DNA of 64,000 bases, taken from positions 62,001 to 126,000 of the forward strand of contig RBZT01000500.1 in the NCBI GenBank assembly GCA_003693705.1. The letters run 5' to 3'. The notes under the pieces were generated by a model. It saw only the letters and a list, made by a program, of their open reading frames with translations. It was not told the origin of the DNA and made no database searches. Shown here piece by piece: positions 23,606-36,541 of the stretch. The translations under genes and the position numbers were made by a program. This stretch comes from Polymyxa betae A26-41 (taxonomy: Eukaryota; Protista; Endomyxa: Phytomyxea). Each line of letters opens with the position of its first letter. Within the stretch, counting starts at the first letter, position 1.

Positions 23606-24019
23606 CTACGTCGCTACCACGTCTTGGTCAAGTCATGGAGGGGGCAGCGCCGCTCACATGATGTGTAACAAATGGGCATGTCATAATCCAATAACTCTGT
23701 ACTGGGGCTCCCTCCATTGCTTCATCCCATACCTATATTGTTGTCTCTAAACTATTCTGCTCTTCCTGAAGCCATGTCCTTCCATCCACGATTTATTGAC
23801 AGAAAAAGTCTGGCGCCGCTCAACGGGCGTGTACGTCTGGTGGACGTGCCCAACCCGGGCTGTCTCCATACTTTGTTTCAGGGTTGCAACCATGAGGATC
23901 CTCCTAGGTCCAAACATTGTACTCCTGATCATTAATCGTTAATATCGTCTGTACCAGCCCTCGATCTGCCCTTCGGTTGTCTAGCCTGAAGGCATCGCCA
24001 AACCCAGCGGGCGAACGCT

Positions 24020-25744
24020 ATGACGTTCGTTGACCAGGCCCCAGCAGTCGACGAGAATGCATTTTTTCTAGAGGAAAATGGGCAACCGATTCTTCCTTAT
24101 GTACCCGCTTCGTATCTCTGCGCCAACTCGGCTAAAATTCTCGATGGATTGTTCATTGGCAATAAGGATGCGGCCACAGACCTTGAATTCATCAGTTCTA
24201 ACAAGATAACGCATATCGTAAAATCTGCAAGATTGCCAGAGATTTTCCGAATTTTAAACTGTTTATAGATTAACTGTGTTGGGCACCTTTTACCGAATGC
24301 TATGATGAAATATGGGATACAGTATTTAACATTTCAGTGGATAGATGCTAAAACCACTGTAATGTTCGACCAAGATGGAAAGAATCTGAACCGAATCGTC
24401 CCTTTCATTCATGCAGCGTTGCAGAATCACACCGGTGTCTTGATTTTCTCGGTTCATGGGAAATGTAATGCGTTTAAACCCCTTCCTGAATTCTTTCTCA
24501 CAATTATGCAGCTCGGTGCTGTTGCGTTGCTTCTGCGTTCCTAATGCAACACTTTGGTTGGTGTCTGCAAAAGACGTTGGAATTCATTCAGTTTAAACGT
24601 CCTGATATCAACCCGAAACCATACTATTTGCGCCAGCTAAAACGAATCGAGAAATCTAGGCAACCGAAGGGCAGCGAAGATGGCGTCCGTACTCGATGGC
24701 TTGAGGGATGCGAATCGAACAGCGAACTGATTGCTCGAAATACCGTCAGAACTCCTAATATGCCATTTACGCTTTCTAAATTACCTTTAGTTTCTGAATG
24801 GTCATTACATCAGAACAGAAGGCGAGTTTGGTAAGAATAACTTCAAGATCTATGAAGATTTCGAAAGCTTTCCGAATGCACGTCCAGCGAGTTCGTCCAA
24901 TCGCCTTCGATGGGTAGATCAAGTCGATCCAACATCGACTTTGGAATTGTCACCTGGGGTAGAGTATTCGGTCACATCGCGTCCTTCATCCGCTAGTCGA
25001 AGTGGTAGACTACTTAATCGATTGCTTGTGGATATCATAAGTAGAATTTTTCAGGTCCAATCCCAATTTTGAAAAGTTCCAGACCTCCGACACCTTCATC
25101 TCCAAATTTATCAAAACATGTCGGGGAAATGACCGCTACAATTACATTGAAGCCCAATCCAGCGCCACCTCGTGCGGTCAGATCTGCATGGAACGGTTCT
25201 CCGGATTCTCCACCAGCCACTCTGTCGCGAACGATCTCTTCGAGGCCTTCTTCGGCGCAGTCGGAGCACGAGGACCAGCAGGCTCAGAATCTGTAAGTGC
25301 TATGCTGCTACAATGTCATTTCGCTTAACAGGTCTTCCCAGGACTGGAGGATTACTGTGGCGGCATAAAACAGGCCGATTTGACAACGATGATGATAAAT
25401 ACCGGAAATCAATGTCGAGACCATCTTCTGTAGTTAATGCTGCAACAGTTTCATCCTTAGCTAAAGTCAAGCGCAACGTTATGAAATTTCGATCTTCATC
25501 TTCCACAACTAAAGCATCTTCCGTTACGAACATGTCCACTACAAGACGACCCAAGAGCCGTTCAAGCTCGATTTCAAGCAGCAACCAAGATTGGGTGATG
25601 AAACTGGGCAGCATGTCCCTGGTGAGCAAAGAATCGAAGCCAATGCGTCTAGGCAGCGCGAGTTTAGATCTACAAGCGTTGACATTAGGAATACATGGAC
25701 GTAGACCAACTAGCGCCGGCTCGATTAAGACTAGGACTCATTGA
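24020..25744 (+). CDS. Dual-specificity phosphatase-fold protein with Ser in place of the catalytic Cys; Ser/Arg-rich tail
   Basis: KILDGLFIGNKDAATDLEFISSNKITHI|INCV, VLIFSVHGKSRCCC (spliced), FLMQHFGWCLQKTLEFIQFKRPDINPK. Confidence 0.8.
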
Positions 25745-25867
25745 TGATTCATTATTATATTCTTAATTAAATCTAAACTTCATCATTGACAATTCCCTTG
25801 AGATCGGAGAATGTACAGATATAGCAGAAAAACCTGTTACTAAAATGACCGTCATTTTGTTGTTGGT

Positions 25868-26820
25868 TTATTGGCTCAGGCTAACCGAAATCGGGGGCGA
25901 TCTCGCACGTTTTATATTGTTTCCTTTGTGGACGCAGACGATTCTCAATTGAACATTGCAAAGACGAGGGCTGCATAAACCCTTAACGACCATAATCGTC
26001 AACAGTGGCTGAAAGCCTTGAACCAACTCATAATCGACATTCTGGACAATAGCAACACACTGTAATGGCGTGTTGTGCCTCAAAGAATCCGTATAGATAA
26101 AGTTTAATTCATATTCTGGATTGCATGTGACTCGATAAACATGCTAGTTTTTGCGAAAGACGTCGATTGAAAACGGATTAATTGGGATTGTATTGCTGAG
26201 ATGACCTTATGAATTGATTGCAAACGAGATGTAACAACCACTATGTCGGCAGTAGCTTGCTGCGAAGCCAGTTCGACACACTCGATGACTCTATAATTAA
26301 GCTCAGTTTGTTTGAGGTATCTTACTGTATTTAGCAACAACGGGACGCAAACTGGGCGCAGCCGACTTTGAAGTTGATTCTGATTCCAAAAAAAATCAAA
26401 GAGTGTGCTGAAGTAATCATCGACGCTCTTGGATTGAAGAAAAATGAACTTAACTACCTATAATATTACTGAGATGTTATTATTAAAAAGAATTATACCG
26501 GAGCTTCGTCTCGTAAACATAAGGAATTTTGGGCGCAGGCAATTATGGAAACCTTCGAATGGGTTCTGCTCGTCTGGATGCTCTCAATGGCCGTGGCCCT
26601 GATCTGGCAAGCTCACAAATGTCGTCGTGGGCATCAGCGACACTACGAAGATATCCGGCGCCGATAAGCCTCTACTCAACCCGCTGGACCATCATTCGCA
26701 GGCCTACATATGACAATGAAGCTGATGGTTAGAATTACCAATGCAATAAACCATTAGACTTGAATGGTAACAATAAAGCGGGCTGCTGCCTTCATATAAG
26801 AGCTGAAAGACATGAGACAT
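25868..26820 (-). CDS. Hypothetical multi-exon protein
   Basis: Exons join through GT-AG introns: MSHVFQLLYEG..|GLRMMVQR|IRATAIES..DEAP|VVKFIFLQSKSVDDYFSTLFDF..|QATADIVVV..|..PPISVSLSQ*. No family recognised. Confidence 0.45.
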
Positions 26821-26912
26821 GAGAGGGCCCGCTTCATATTCATTTCGCCAAATCCGCTGCTTGTAGATACACCAAAGGGAGCCGGCTGATTCGACGACGG
26901 CGTTTCCAGCCA

Positions 26913-28518
26913 ATGGCGGCGCCCAGCCTCAGCCTTCTACGTGACCCAACGTACGCCTCGTTTCGTGGGTCTTGTCCACAGCTTCAGGTAGGTCAGACCT
27001 TTTCATTAGGGGGAATAACTTGTGACCGAATTGGTTGTTTCTGTAGGTGTCGTTCGGATCTGCTCCTGTTAGAGACTGGTCTATTTATAACTCTCATGAA
27101 AAGTCGCCGAATCAGGTGCTAAACGCAAACGAAAGGAGACTTTAGCATTTTTGATGCGGTGTATAGATTCCATTGATTTGCATTCCTGGTGTTGTGACAA
27201 CCGCAGATTCTTTTTTCTATGTATGTATCCATCAGGATATTATTTTCTTCAGTTATCATTTATATTTCCATGATTATGCAGATTCAAAGTGCATTAAGCA
27301 GCTCAGGATACCGAGTTATTTCTGTATGGCTACCGAAAGCCCCACTGCATGTCTGATTAGGTTTCAGATAAATTACCCGCCGGCTTCATCATGTCGTGAA
27401 TGGGCTGTTAACCTGTTCGAATGCCTTCAGTTTATGGAAATCAAGAAGGTATATTGGCGATTATTTTGTCGCAATGACTAACAGTGAAGCAGTGTCATCT
27501 CTTCGGTTGTGATCTTGGTGGTTATTTGACGTTATGGTTTGCTAAGGCATTTCCAGAACTTGTAGAATCAATAATTCTATGTAATTCATTTGTCTCAACC
27601 GATTGGCTGGGGGCGAAACTGAGAATGCAACTAATGTAATCATTATTTTTCTTCGTTTTATATCTGTCTTATGATTGACGTGGAGGTTGCCATATTTTCC
27701 CCATTTTGTTCTAAAGCAATATGCGTTGGATTTATTCGACACTGCTGTCCAAGATGATAGGATAATGGCATCATTAGAATTTGTTGCGGATAACATGTAA
27801 ACTTTTTGTGGGAAATCTGGTAAAAAAGTTCATGATGACGTGTTAGGAATTCGCTGTCTCGCGCCAGCTTGCTCTCTCGCTTACTATTTAGTATCAGCCC
27901 GATTCAACTTCATGATTTGGCTGGCGTTATTCAAAGCAACATTACTGTCTTACAAACGCTGGACGATTCTTTTACGAATATTGAGGTTATTACTACTGCA
28001 TGTTTGGACTGCCAATTCATCTAGTTTAGGTGTATAGGCAGATGCAGAGGCTTTTACCGAGGGCGAAATTTGCTGAGATGAAGAATGGAGGTATGTCCAA
28101 CATGTTCCTGATCTGTTTGGTCATCCAATATGTGGTAGGCAGCTTCCCGATACTATCGAGACCAGAGGAAATCATTCTGCATCTTCGAATCCATTTGCGC
28201 CGATTTCCAAATACGTGTATAGAGAATCCTATTTCAAGACATAAGGCGCACAGCTCTTCAGTAGTGATCGAGTCAACGACAAGAAGAGAGTTTAGAAGAG
28301 AAAGGCGGCATTCGCAACCGTTGCTTTTCCGCTTCGATGAGCCGCGTCAGACTCAATTGCCGTTACCATCAGCTCACAGCGCCATCTCGGAAAATGCTGC
28401 GGAATGCAATGCCATTCCACTTCCTCCTGCGGTTTTCGTCAAGAAGCCTAGGAATCCTGAAAGAGAAGAGCGGAAAAAGAAACTATTCGAACTAGCCACA
28501 TCCAGGAGCTCTGGTTGA
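26913..28518 (+). CDS. SPG21: Maspardin-like alpha/beta-hydrolase-fold protein, many small exons
   Basis: PLICIPGVVTTADSFFY, SGYRVIS, HLFGCDLGGYL, VESIILCNSF, FVLKQYAL, LEFVADNMNSL..LLSRL, LLPRAKFAEMKNGGSFPILSRPEEIILHLRIHLRRF; colinear with maspardin. Confidence 0.82.
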
Positions 28519-29079
28519 GTGACTTAACTTGCCAAGTTCTAAACTAGCATACATGCAAAGCACACTACAGGTGGTCTGCAGTGTTCTCTACCCGACTATC
28601 ACTCCGATACTACTTATGGTCTAAGCGTCTTGCTAGTAGGTTAAAGCCAATACAGTTGAAATGTTTGGTTTATTCTGTCTATTATAATACAGAGCAGAGT
28701 ATCAGATACTCCTTGATAATACAGCCAGTATGGCTGGTCTCTATGTATCATGCGAGCATCAGAACAAGGAATCACCGAGCTTTCACTAAGCACTTCTTGA
28801 GCCCGAAAGCTCAACTCAACACATTTCGCCGTCTCAACTAACTCGTTCTTGCCTCTTTGGTACAATTGTAGATAGCAATCAAATGCTGCACCGTTATTAC
28901 CCATAAAGGGAAGGAGCGATCCGCTGCTCGATTTTACGAGATTGACATGTAAACCCATTACTGCTGAATGATTCTAGAAATGATTCACAGTGACCGTCCG
29001 GTTATTAAAGCATATCAAACTTATTCAATGTGGAATATCGTGATGCACTCTGAGCATATTTATTCAGGACTAATGCAGC

Positions 29080-30994
29080 TTAACTTCCCACAGCCATTGA
29101 AATTTTACTACGCTCGGGCCTTCGAAGCTCTCGATGCGGCGCCACAACCCAAGATGTCAGCACAAGTGCACATCTGGCGTAATTGAGCCGCTTCCAGAGC
29201 TCAAAAACCGATTCGTTGATTGCTTTCGAATACCTACATAAAAACCGTTAAAAGTCGGCAAATTTCGCAACAATTCGAACCAATTCTGATCAGTCTGATA
29301 TTGATGAAAGATGGTTTGATCAAGTTGCGATGTGACCAGGTTCAGAGTGAAGACGGCAAGCAACGACAACCTATAAAGATTAAGCTCGCTCCAATAATGG
29401 AACTGAAATTGCAGACAATATGAAAGCGGCGCTCGGTGTCGTCGTTCGTGCGCGTTCCAGATCATGAAGATATCCTGTCAGAGCGATTACACTACAGGTG
29501 TGGATGACGCCATGATAGACGTCCGACATGGGCGAGTATAACGCCAACAGACCGACAACCGACATAGATCGCCATTGACAGAGCAGGAACACCAGGGCGA
29601 TACCGGCCAGTAGGCCGTGTGCGATATGCTTGGCTTTGAACACGAGCACCACCAGTTGACGACGCTGCTCGTCCAGATTTGGGCCCCCATCGCCTATAAA
29701 ACCAAGCGTCCCATCAGAAACTGATTTGCCAAAGAGCTTCGAGGAAGAGTTCCCACAGCTTGTGCATCAAAACCAGCTATCAAAAACCAGCTACCTTTCA
29801 GTTGTTGGCGTTTAGCGCGTTCAGCGTCGTCGTCGACGCCGATTTTCACGAACTCCTTGGCCGGAACGCGATGGAACGATCCGTCAGTTTTGCTCTCGAT
29901 ATAGGCGACAGATAGGTGCTGGAAGCGCTGATGATTTCCACGACGAAAATGCATAAGATTGCTGAGCGGCTCCACGACGTTGTGAGCCGAAACTGCATCT
30001 GGCGCAAGGACGTCGCTGGAGTCTACCAACACGTCTACTAAGTTCAAGTTAGCGACAACATAAAAATGACGAAATTCCATTCCCAACCGCCATTGTTTAA
30101 GGTTCGGCGTCTTCGAGGCGATGGGGAGCGGGGCGCTGCGGTTTGTGTTAATGGCTGATTAGAAGCTGGATGCGGCGGCGGTGCTGCTAGGGTCGTCGGC
30201 CGCTTGAGTCGAGGCAACGATCGGCGCGGAATTGGTGTTGGAATGGGTGGGAGTCCATTACTCTCACCAGCAGCAGACGGCGATTCAGCCTGGGTCTCGA
30301 CTTGCTCTGCTGTCGCTTCTAAAAACACGTTTGCAAATAACGGACAGATGAGGTACCTGTGGCGGGTTCTGAAGGCGACAAAGAATCATTGGGTGTCGTG
30401 ATGGCGTTCGTATCTTCTGCTGGCGGTGTGGGTTCACCACCAGGTTCGGCTAAATGATGATCAGGCGCCAGCGGGACCATACGATCGCGTCGGAAACGGT
30501 TCATGAAACCGCCGACGCCCGGCATCCGCCTCGGGGAACGATCGCGAACTTCCTGGAGAGCAGACTCGGCGCTGGCCGACATCTGCGTCATGAAGGCGCG
30601 AAAGCCACGGAACCGTCTGGCACCATTCTGCAAGGGTTTCAGCTGCAGTTGTTCAAAGCAATTGTTTTGGCCATACCTCTTCCTGCGTCGCTTCTGGTCC
30701 CAACCCCGACCGTTCTTCAACCGTAGCCTCGATGGGATCTGCAGAAGCGACTGTGACATTCGCCTGACGTAACATTACACATTGGCTGTGCAGCGACTTC
30801 GACCAACCTCAGTGACGGATTCGTTTTCGCTCTGGCGAAGCAGATTCTCGAGTCCGGTTGACGGCGCCCGCGGCTGATTCTCCATTCAGTATGTTGAACG
30901 TGACTTTAGAAAACTCGTTTCATACCTCGATTGAATCCGGAGATGATAGTGGGGGCGGCAGCTCAGGTTCGCCCTGGTCATGTGATGACGACAT
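29080..30994 (-). CDS. TMEM237: TMEM237-like ciliary transition-zone protein
   Basis: Disordered N-terminus, VAYIESK..FHR, then TMs AHGLLAGIALV, LLALYSP, AVFTLNLV..LDQTI, LWKRLNYARCALVLTSWVV; resembles the TMEM237 SHGFLAG/LLQQY/W..N..W pattern. Confidence 0.6.
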
Positions 30995-31327
30995 GGTCGT
31001 ACGATGTCGGAATCATCTCCCGAAACCCCGTCACAGAACCTGTTGCATTTCTGATGTTTTTCTCCTTCTCGTCTGAGGCTGTTACCTAAACAAAATTGAA
31101 TCGGATCGTTCAATCAAGAATGCGAGACCAATCAAACAGAAACCCATTATTCCTGTGGCTTGGAATTATGAAGACATTATAGATGGAAACTTTCGCCCAG
31201 TATACGTAGGCATATGAGATCTATGTTAGTCTGTCCTACAGTAGAGCTGGACGTCGGCGTGGGTTTAGAATGGGGTTAGGTTTGAACAATGAACAATGCA
31301 TACGAGACGATTTGCATCCCAAATAGA

Positions 31328-34300
31328 TTATTGTGTTTTATGTGTCTTGGTAGTTAGATGTTTTCGAATATAAAATTTAATGACATGCCGTTGGGTATAT
31401 GCATATATGCCCATAGATACTAGTATGACTTCAATGATAAAAAGGAAGAACGAAGTTATTTGATGCCAACGATTCAGCTCGTCTATGTACAGATAGCGGT
31501 TACGTTTACCCGTCCTAAGCTCAAATCTGTTTAGCATGTAATCAGAAAGGCAACCAAGATATGATCAGCGAAGGCACAACTAACGGGGATGGTTTGGGGT
31601 AATAAGCGTCGAAGAACTCGTTAAGTGCCACTGAAACACCAGGTTCAGGATTCCGCATATCATCATTTAGGCAAATAAATTTCTTCCTTTCGACCAGAAT
31701 TTCTTCTAATCGATGACGAACCACCGTGGCGTTGTCGCCAACCATATAAAACGTCACCTGGAATCCATATTCAGCGATGATTTTTTGTAAGGATGAACAG
31801 CGAGCACAGCCACCTGATCCATTGGCATTTTTTGATGTTTGTAAAACTTCCGAAATTCGACAACCGGCCTCAGCATATTGATAACAGGTGTGCATGATTT
31901 TACAGTTTCTTCAGTAACACTAACACCTGAGTTTGTAAATTTAAGAAACGATACAGCGCGATTTCATGATTACAGAAACCTTCAGAAGGTGATAAAGTGT
32001 GACCACGAGCTGAGGCCAACGCTAACTAAATCAATGGTTAGACGATCGAGAAACAATGTATTCCAGCCAAAGCTTACTGAGCAGTTGATAAGGGCATTCG
32101 TCAAATCAGAAAAAGGGATTTGCCGATTAGTGTTTGTCAAATGTCGCAATTCCATTTCAGAGACATAGCCGTCTTGGTCCAGATCAATTTCGTCTCGAAA
32201 GAAGCGAACAGGGTCGAATCTTTCCGGTCTGTACATGAATTCAGCCCTGCAATTTTGATAGCAAACGCGCTATTCATACTGACTTTTCCATCATATAGTA
32301 AAAAAACGAAAACGCGAACTGTATATCAAGCGAGGACCGGAATCGATGCGTTGATGTTGCGTCAAATTCTTTCGGCCAAATTGATTGCAGTTCGGATATG
32401 ATACGCTTATCCATCATATGAGGCATGTGAGCTGGCACTTTCCTAGATTGCACTGAAAAGTAGGCGTTATACAATCTGGTTACATAGCTACCGAAATCGA
32501 TGTTAGAAAGCAGCCACACATTGGGTAAATAATACGAACCGTAAGGAATCCCCAAAGGCATCCAGCATTCTTCTACTATGTGGCACCGCTGTGAGTCGGC
32601 CCGATAAACTGGCCAGTTGCCACGGCCAGATAGGCCCGAGCAGTGGCTCGTATTTATTCAGTAACGCACGAAGCTCGTTTTCAAGCTCAGATTGAGCTAG
32701 CGACGCCAACTCCTGTTTCTTCGATTTCAGAATCTGTTCGGCCCTTGCCCAATCACGTGCTAAAAAAAATCATTCGACTCGATAAGAAGATCAATTGGCT
32801 ATGTTACCTGTCATATCTTTAGACAGCACGACCTCATCTGCATTCTCCTCGGAAGGGACTCCAAAAACGGCAGTCTCTCTTAGTATCTTTACATGGGCGT
32901 TAACAGATAAATAAAAATTATTACATGTAATACAAACTCGATCGAAATCGTCATCGAGAATTCTAGCAGATAAAAGTGTTCGATCGCCAGGTTGAACGGG
33001 AGAGGGAGCGCCTTGAGATTGTTGCTGTGTTCGCTCTTGTTGAGTGAAAAACGGAGGTGATTGCGACGTTGGAGTTCCCCCGGTAGGCTCACTGAGGAAG
33101 AGATTAGAACATCGGTGTAGATAATATCACAAAATTACAGCGTTGAATTTGGGTTAGATAACGCACTACCCAATGCTTCGCGACGGATGTAAAACGTGAT
33201 ATGTTTATCGACAGAAGTACCATTATTTGTATCCCTAAAACGAGTTAATATTTTGTGATTGAACCATGAAATGCTCGACCTTGTCGAGATAGCTACTGTA
33301 CAGGAAGCGGGCGCAGGCAATGCAGGTAAAAATACCAAAATTAGCAGCTTCTCACTTTGTATTATGATAGCCGATCGAACAAACAGCTCACACTCATGTT
33401 CAGCTGAGGTAATCGTGTGCGGGACTATCTCTGATAAGGGCAAATCAGAAGAAGAATACTGTAAGCTGTGATGTTTACCAGACATATCCACATAGGCAGA
33501 CATCAAATCGGATGGAATCATGATCTCTATTCCATTCTGCGTCAAATTGTAACGCTTTACTGATTCTCGAACCAAAGCAGTCCCACAATCTCCCGCATCG
33601 AAACCACATTTTACGGTTTTACAGGCACGATCGCAGACTTTATCTCCTGAGAAAGCATATTCAGTTCGCTTATACATTTAACACATAATACAGTTTACCG
33701 AGCCACGAATTTGGACAGCCAGTTGCACAATAAGATTGCGGCTCGTGAAGGTTGGTGGCTGCTTCTGCCCGCATCGCTGGCGCTGGCCGTCCTTTCCACT
33801 GCTTATTACTGGAGCCGCCTTTATCTCCTTGGACGCTGCCAGGGCCACAATCGCCTTCGTCAAAATTACAGGAAGATGTATTGCACACCTTAATCAATAT
33901 AAATCCAAGCATTTCAAATTAAAAAAGCAATGCGTAGAATCCACAATTTAAAAACAAAGAACTATTACAGGGTCGCAATATTTATCATTGAGCCAAGAAT
34001 CAGGGCAGCCTGGATTGCACTGTGGCACATCCCACGATAAATACACCTGAATGAATGAACTTAGACAGGCGATATACAAAGGACATAATTAACAGAACTT
34101 TTTGGCCGAATTCTCTTGTCCAAAAATCTTCAGGCCAGACCAAATTCCCCAACATCGTGTCATCATTGAAGTAAAGGAACCTGTCTGAAAGCCCTGGAAT
34201 ACGATGTATATGGACCTAATCGAACTGAGACGTTTATCACGGTCTGATCAAGGGCTCCCACTTCGATAGCCGGAGAAGAGAATACGGGGAGGTGTGAGCT

Positions 34301-35096
34301 ATTAGGGAAGATCTGCTCATGGGTGATAATGTGGAGGTTAGGATGTGAGATATCCATCCATGATGGAATTTGCCCATTTGTGACGATAAAGACATTGCGA
34401 ACCCATGGAGCATACATCCATAGTGACCTCATTGAATACCTCAGTTCGTCATTATCTGCAGATACGTTCGTCAATAACGGTTAATGCCAACAATGGCAAG
34501 ATCTACGATGCGCCTCTGTTTTACAAACTAAAAAAATTACCTCTAAACCGATTCTGTCCATGCTTCGTATCGTCAGTTGCTTGGGGATTTGTAATACCGT
34601 TTTCGGTATCTTTCAGAGCTTGAGCTGCTTTCGATTCGGCCAGTTCGCCGTCTGAGAAGATTTTTAGCTGTTATGCTTCCACCGCAAGCGTCGAAGTTGT
34701 GACCTTCAGATCGGTATTTACTTATAGCATTAAGCAATCGTTGGTCTGAGCCATTGACCCAAGTATAAACAACATCGATATCTGGTGCACACAAATCGTT
34801 TTCATACGAGCGCCTTCCTATATTATTCCATGTATGACGACATGGAGAGCAGAACAGCGCCGAATATGAAACTGCATAAGCAAGCTCCTTTAGGGCATTT
34901 TCAAATATATAAGCTTCATCATACAGGATAGAGCCCAGAAAATGGTCTGGTAGCTGCAGACTATTGCAAGCCCACCCAACAGCATCAACACTGCTGACCC
35001 AAGCCGATTTCGCCATGCGGCTTCAACATAACGCCGTAAGTTCTGCGCCCAATCATCAACATGGTCGATCCATTCGATCGGCCCGGCGCTCTTCAT
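31328..35096 (-). CDS. GNPTAB: GlcNAc-1-phosphotransferase alpha/beta precursor-like (Stealth CR1-4, two LNR repeats, EF-hand, two TMs)
   Basis: [12 protein letters not shown]; [27 protein letters not shown]; [10 protein letters not shown]; [12 protein letters not shown] and [15 protein letters not shown]; [10 protein letters not shown]; [18 protein letters not shown]; [13 protein letters not shown]; KFICLNDD. Confidence 0.9.
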
Positions 35097-35514
35097 CTCA
35101 GGGGCGGATACGACATCCAAAAAGGTCGTCCAGGAAGGCGATCAGGATGGAACTGCAACAAAGCCCTTTGAAGAGATGAGGGGCCGATTACCCAACATGG
35201 CGAAGGTCGCGCCCCTCAGAGGTGATGTTACAGCAACATCGAGGGGTCCAGAAGCTGGGGTGGAGATCCATAGTAGGCTTGGGGCCTTGGGCCCATTCTT
35301 TAATCAGCTATGAAGACCGATAGGCAGAATCCTTGATGGCGTCCGTGTCTTGGTCGCTTATGGTGGGCGCTACGAAGTTTGATATAGCGATGTAGACTCG
35401 CATTCGGCTACACCGTTCGCATGTGTTGACAAGACTTTTACAGCGCTGAAGCTGTGCATAAAGATGATGAGTAAATACGTGATATAATTACCCTCAATCT
35501 CAGTTACTTGATTT

Positions 35515-36215
35515 CGAAATTTTTTCCAGCTTTTGACGCAGTTCTTGCCATAATTTCGTAAACGTTTTTTATTTAAGCTTGGCCTAAGTTTTATCACCGG
35601 TCGAACATAGCTGAACAGTCTGCTGCATGAATCGGCCTGCTCGCAAGTCTGATTCAGTTCGCTACTTCGCATTGTAGACTATCCTTTCTCTTCGTAGTGT
35701 TTCTGTTGACCTTCGCAGAATCATGCTGAATGCAATCGTATCATTTTATTGAACCAAAACCTCGCCTAGTCCGATAATTTCGGCACTGATGACTGATTCT
35801 GACTCAGCAGATCGGCTATTCCTTCCCACATCTGATCAATCCGGGATTGCAGCTCGACAACGGATTCTTGATCGCGATTGAGTCTTACTCTTCCTGCAGA
35901 CGCGCGATCTTTAAGATAGTCTCCAACGACGAGTGGCGTGATCGTTCTCGGTTTCGAGTTCAGTCGCATCTTGATATCGGGCATTTTCCAACCGCAACGA
36001 CAACCTCGACTTTGGCGAGCACATTGAACCCAGCTCGGCTAACTCTGGGGCCTTCAGCATTCCAGATTTCTGTGAACTATATACACGATCGACAAAGGTG
36101 AAGCAATTGGCATTCACTGCAACATTTTTCCGAAGGTTCAACGTAAACTACGCTTTTATAAGTTTGGTGTTTTGCATACGTATCCCGGTTGGACAAAGAA
36201 GCAAATTGTTAAGCA
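35515..36215 (-). pseudogene. Inverted, decayed partial copy of the ODA-DC2 gene and its promoter (~20690-21495)
   Basis: The reverse complement aligns by eye to the gene, e.g. tcgcgatcaagaatcc..cgagctgcaatcccggat.gatcagatg, gccgaaattatcg, cagcagactgttcag, and upstream ttctttgtccaa.cggga. Many indels and stops. Confidence 0.92.
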
Positions 36216-36414
36216 TGCATCTGGCAAACCATGACGTCAACAGACGAGAATAAAAGACAAAAGACGCCGCTACTGACTGAATCCTCAGATTGTGATGTAT
36301 TGCTATTCTCGCGGGTTGTGATCATCTCTCAGCCATCACAATGCTCATCAAACTTATCGTCTGTCGGCCGTTTTAAGACTTAACAGGAACCTTAATTTGG
36401 CCGAGGGGGGAATG

Positions 36415-36541
36415 AAGCCTCCGAGCCACAATCTCGCTATAAAAGACGCTGACATCCATCCAAAAGATCATTCAGCAATCATCATTACAAGCAGCACTTC
36501 AACTCTGCCAATTTAAAAAAAAACACTCAACAAATGACAAT
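36415..36541 (+). promoter_or_regulatory. TATA-containing promoter/5' leader, copy 1 of a ~120-bp dispersed direct repeat
   Basis: aagcctccgagcca..tataaaa(36438)..cattcagcaatcatcattacaa..caac..ATGACAATC. Confidence 0.6.

Noticed and set aside
28641-28958. 105-aa minus-strand ORF between maspardin and TMEM237
   Set aside because: No recognisable motif or convincing exon structure; it may be 3' UTR. Not supportable without transcripts.
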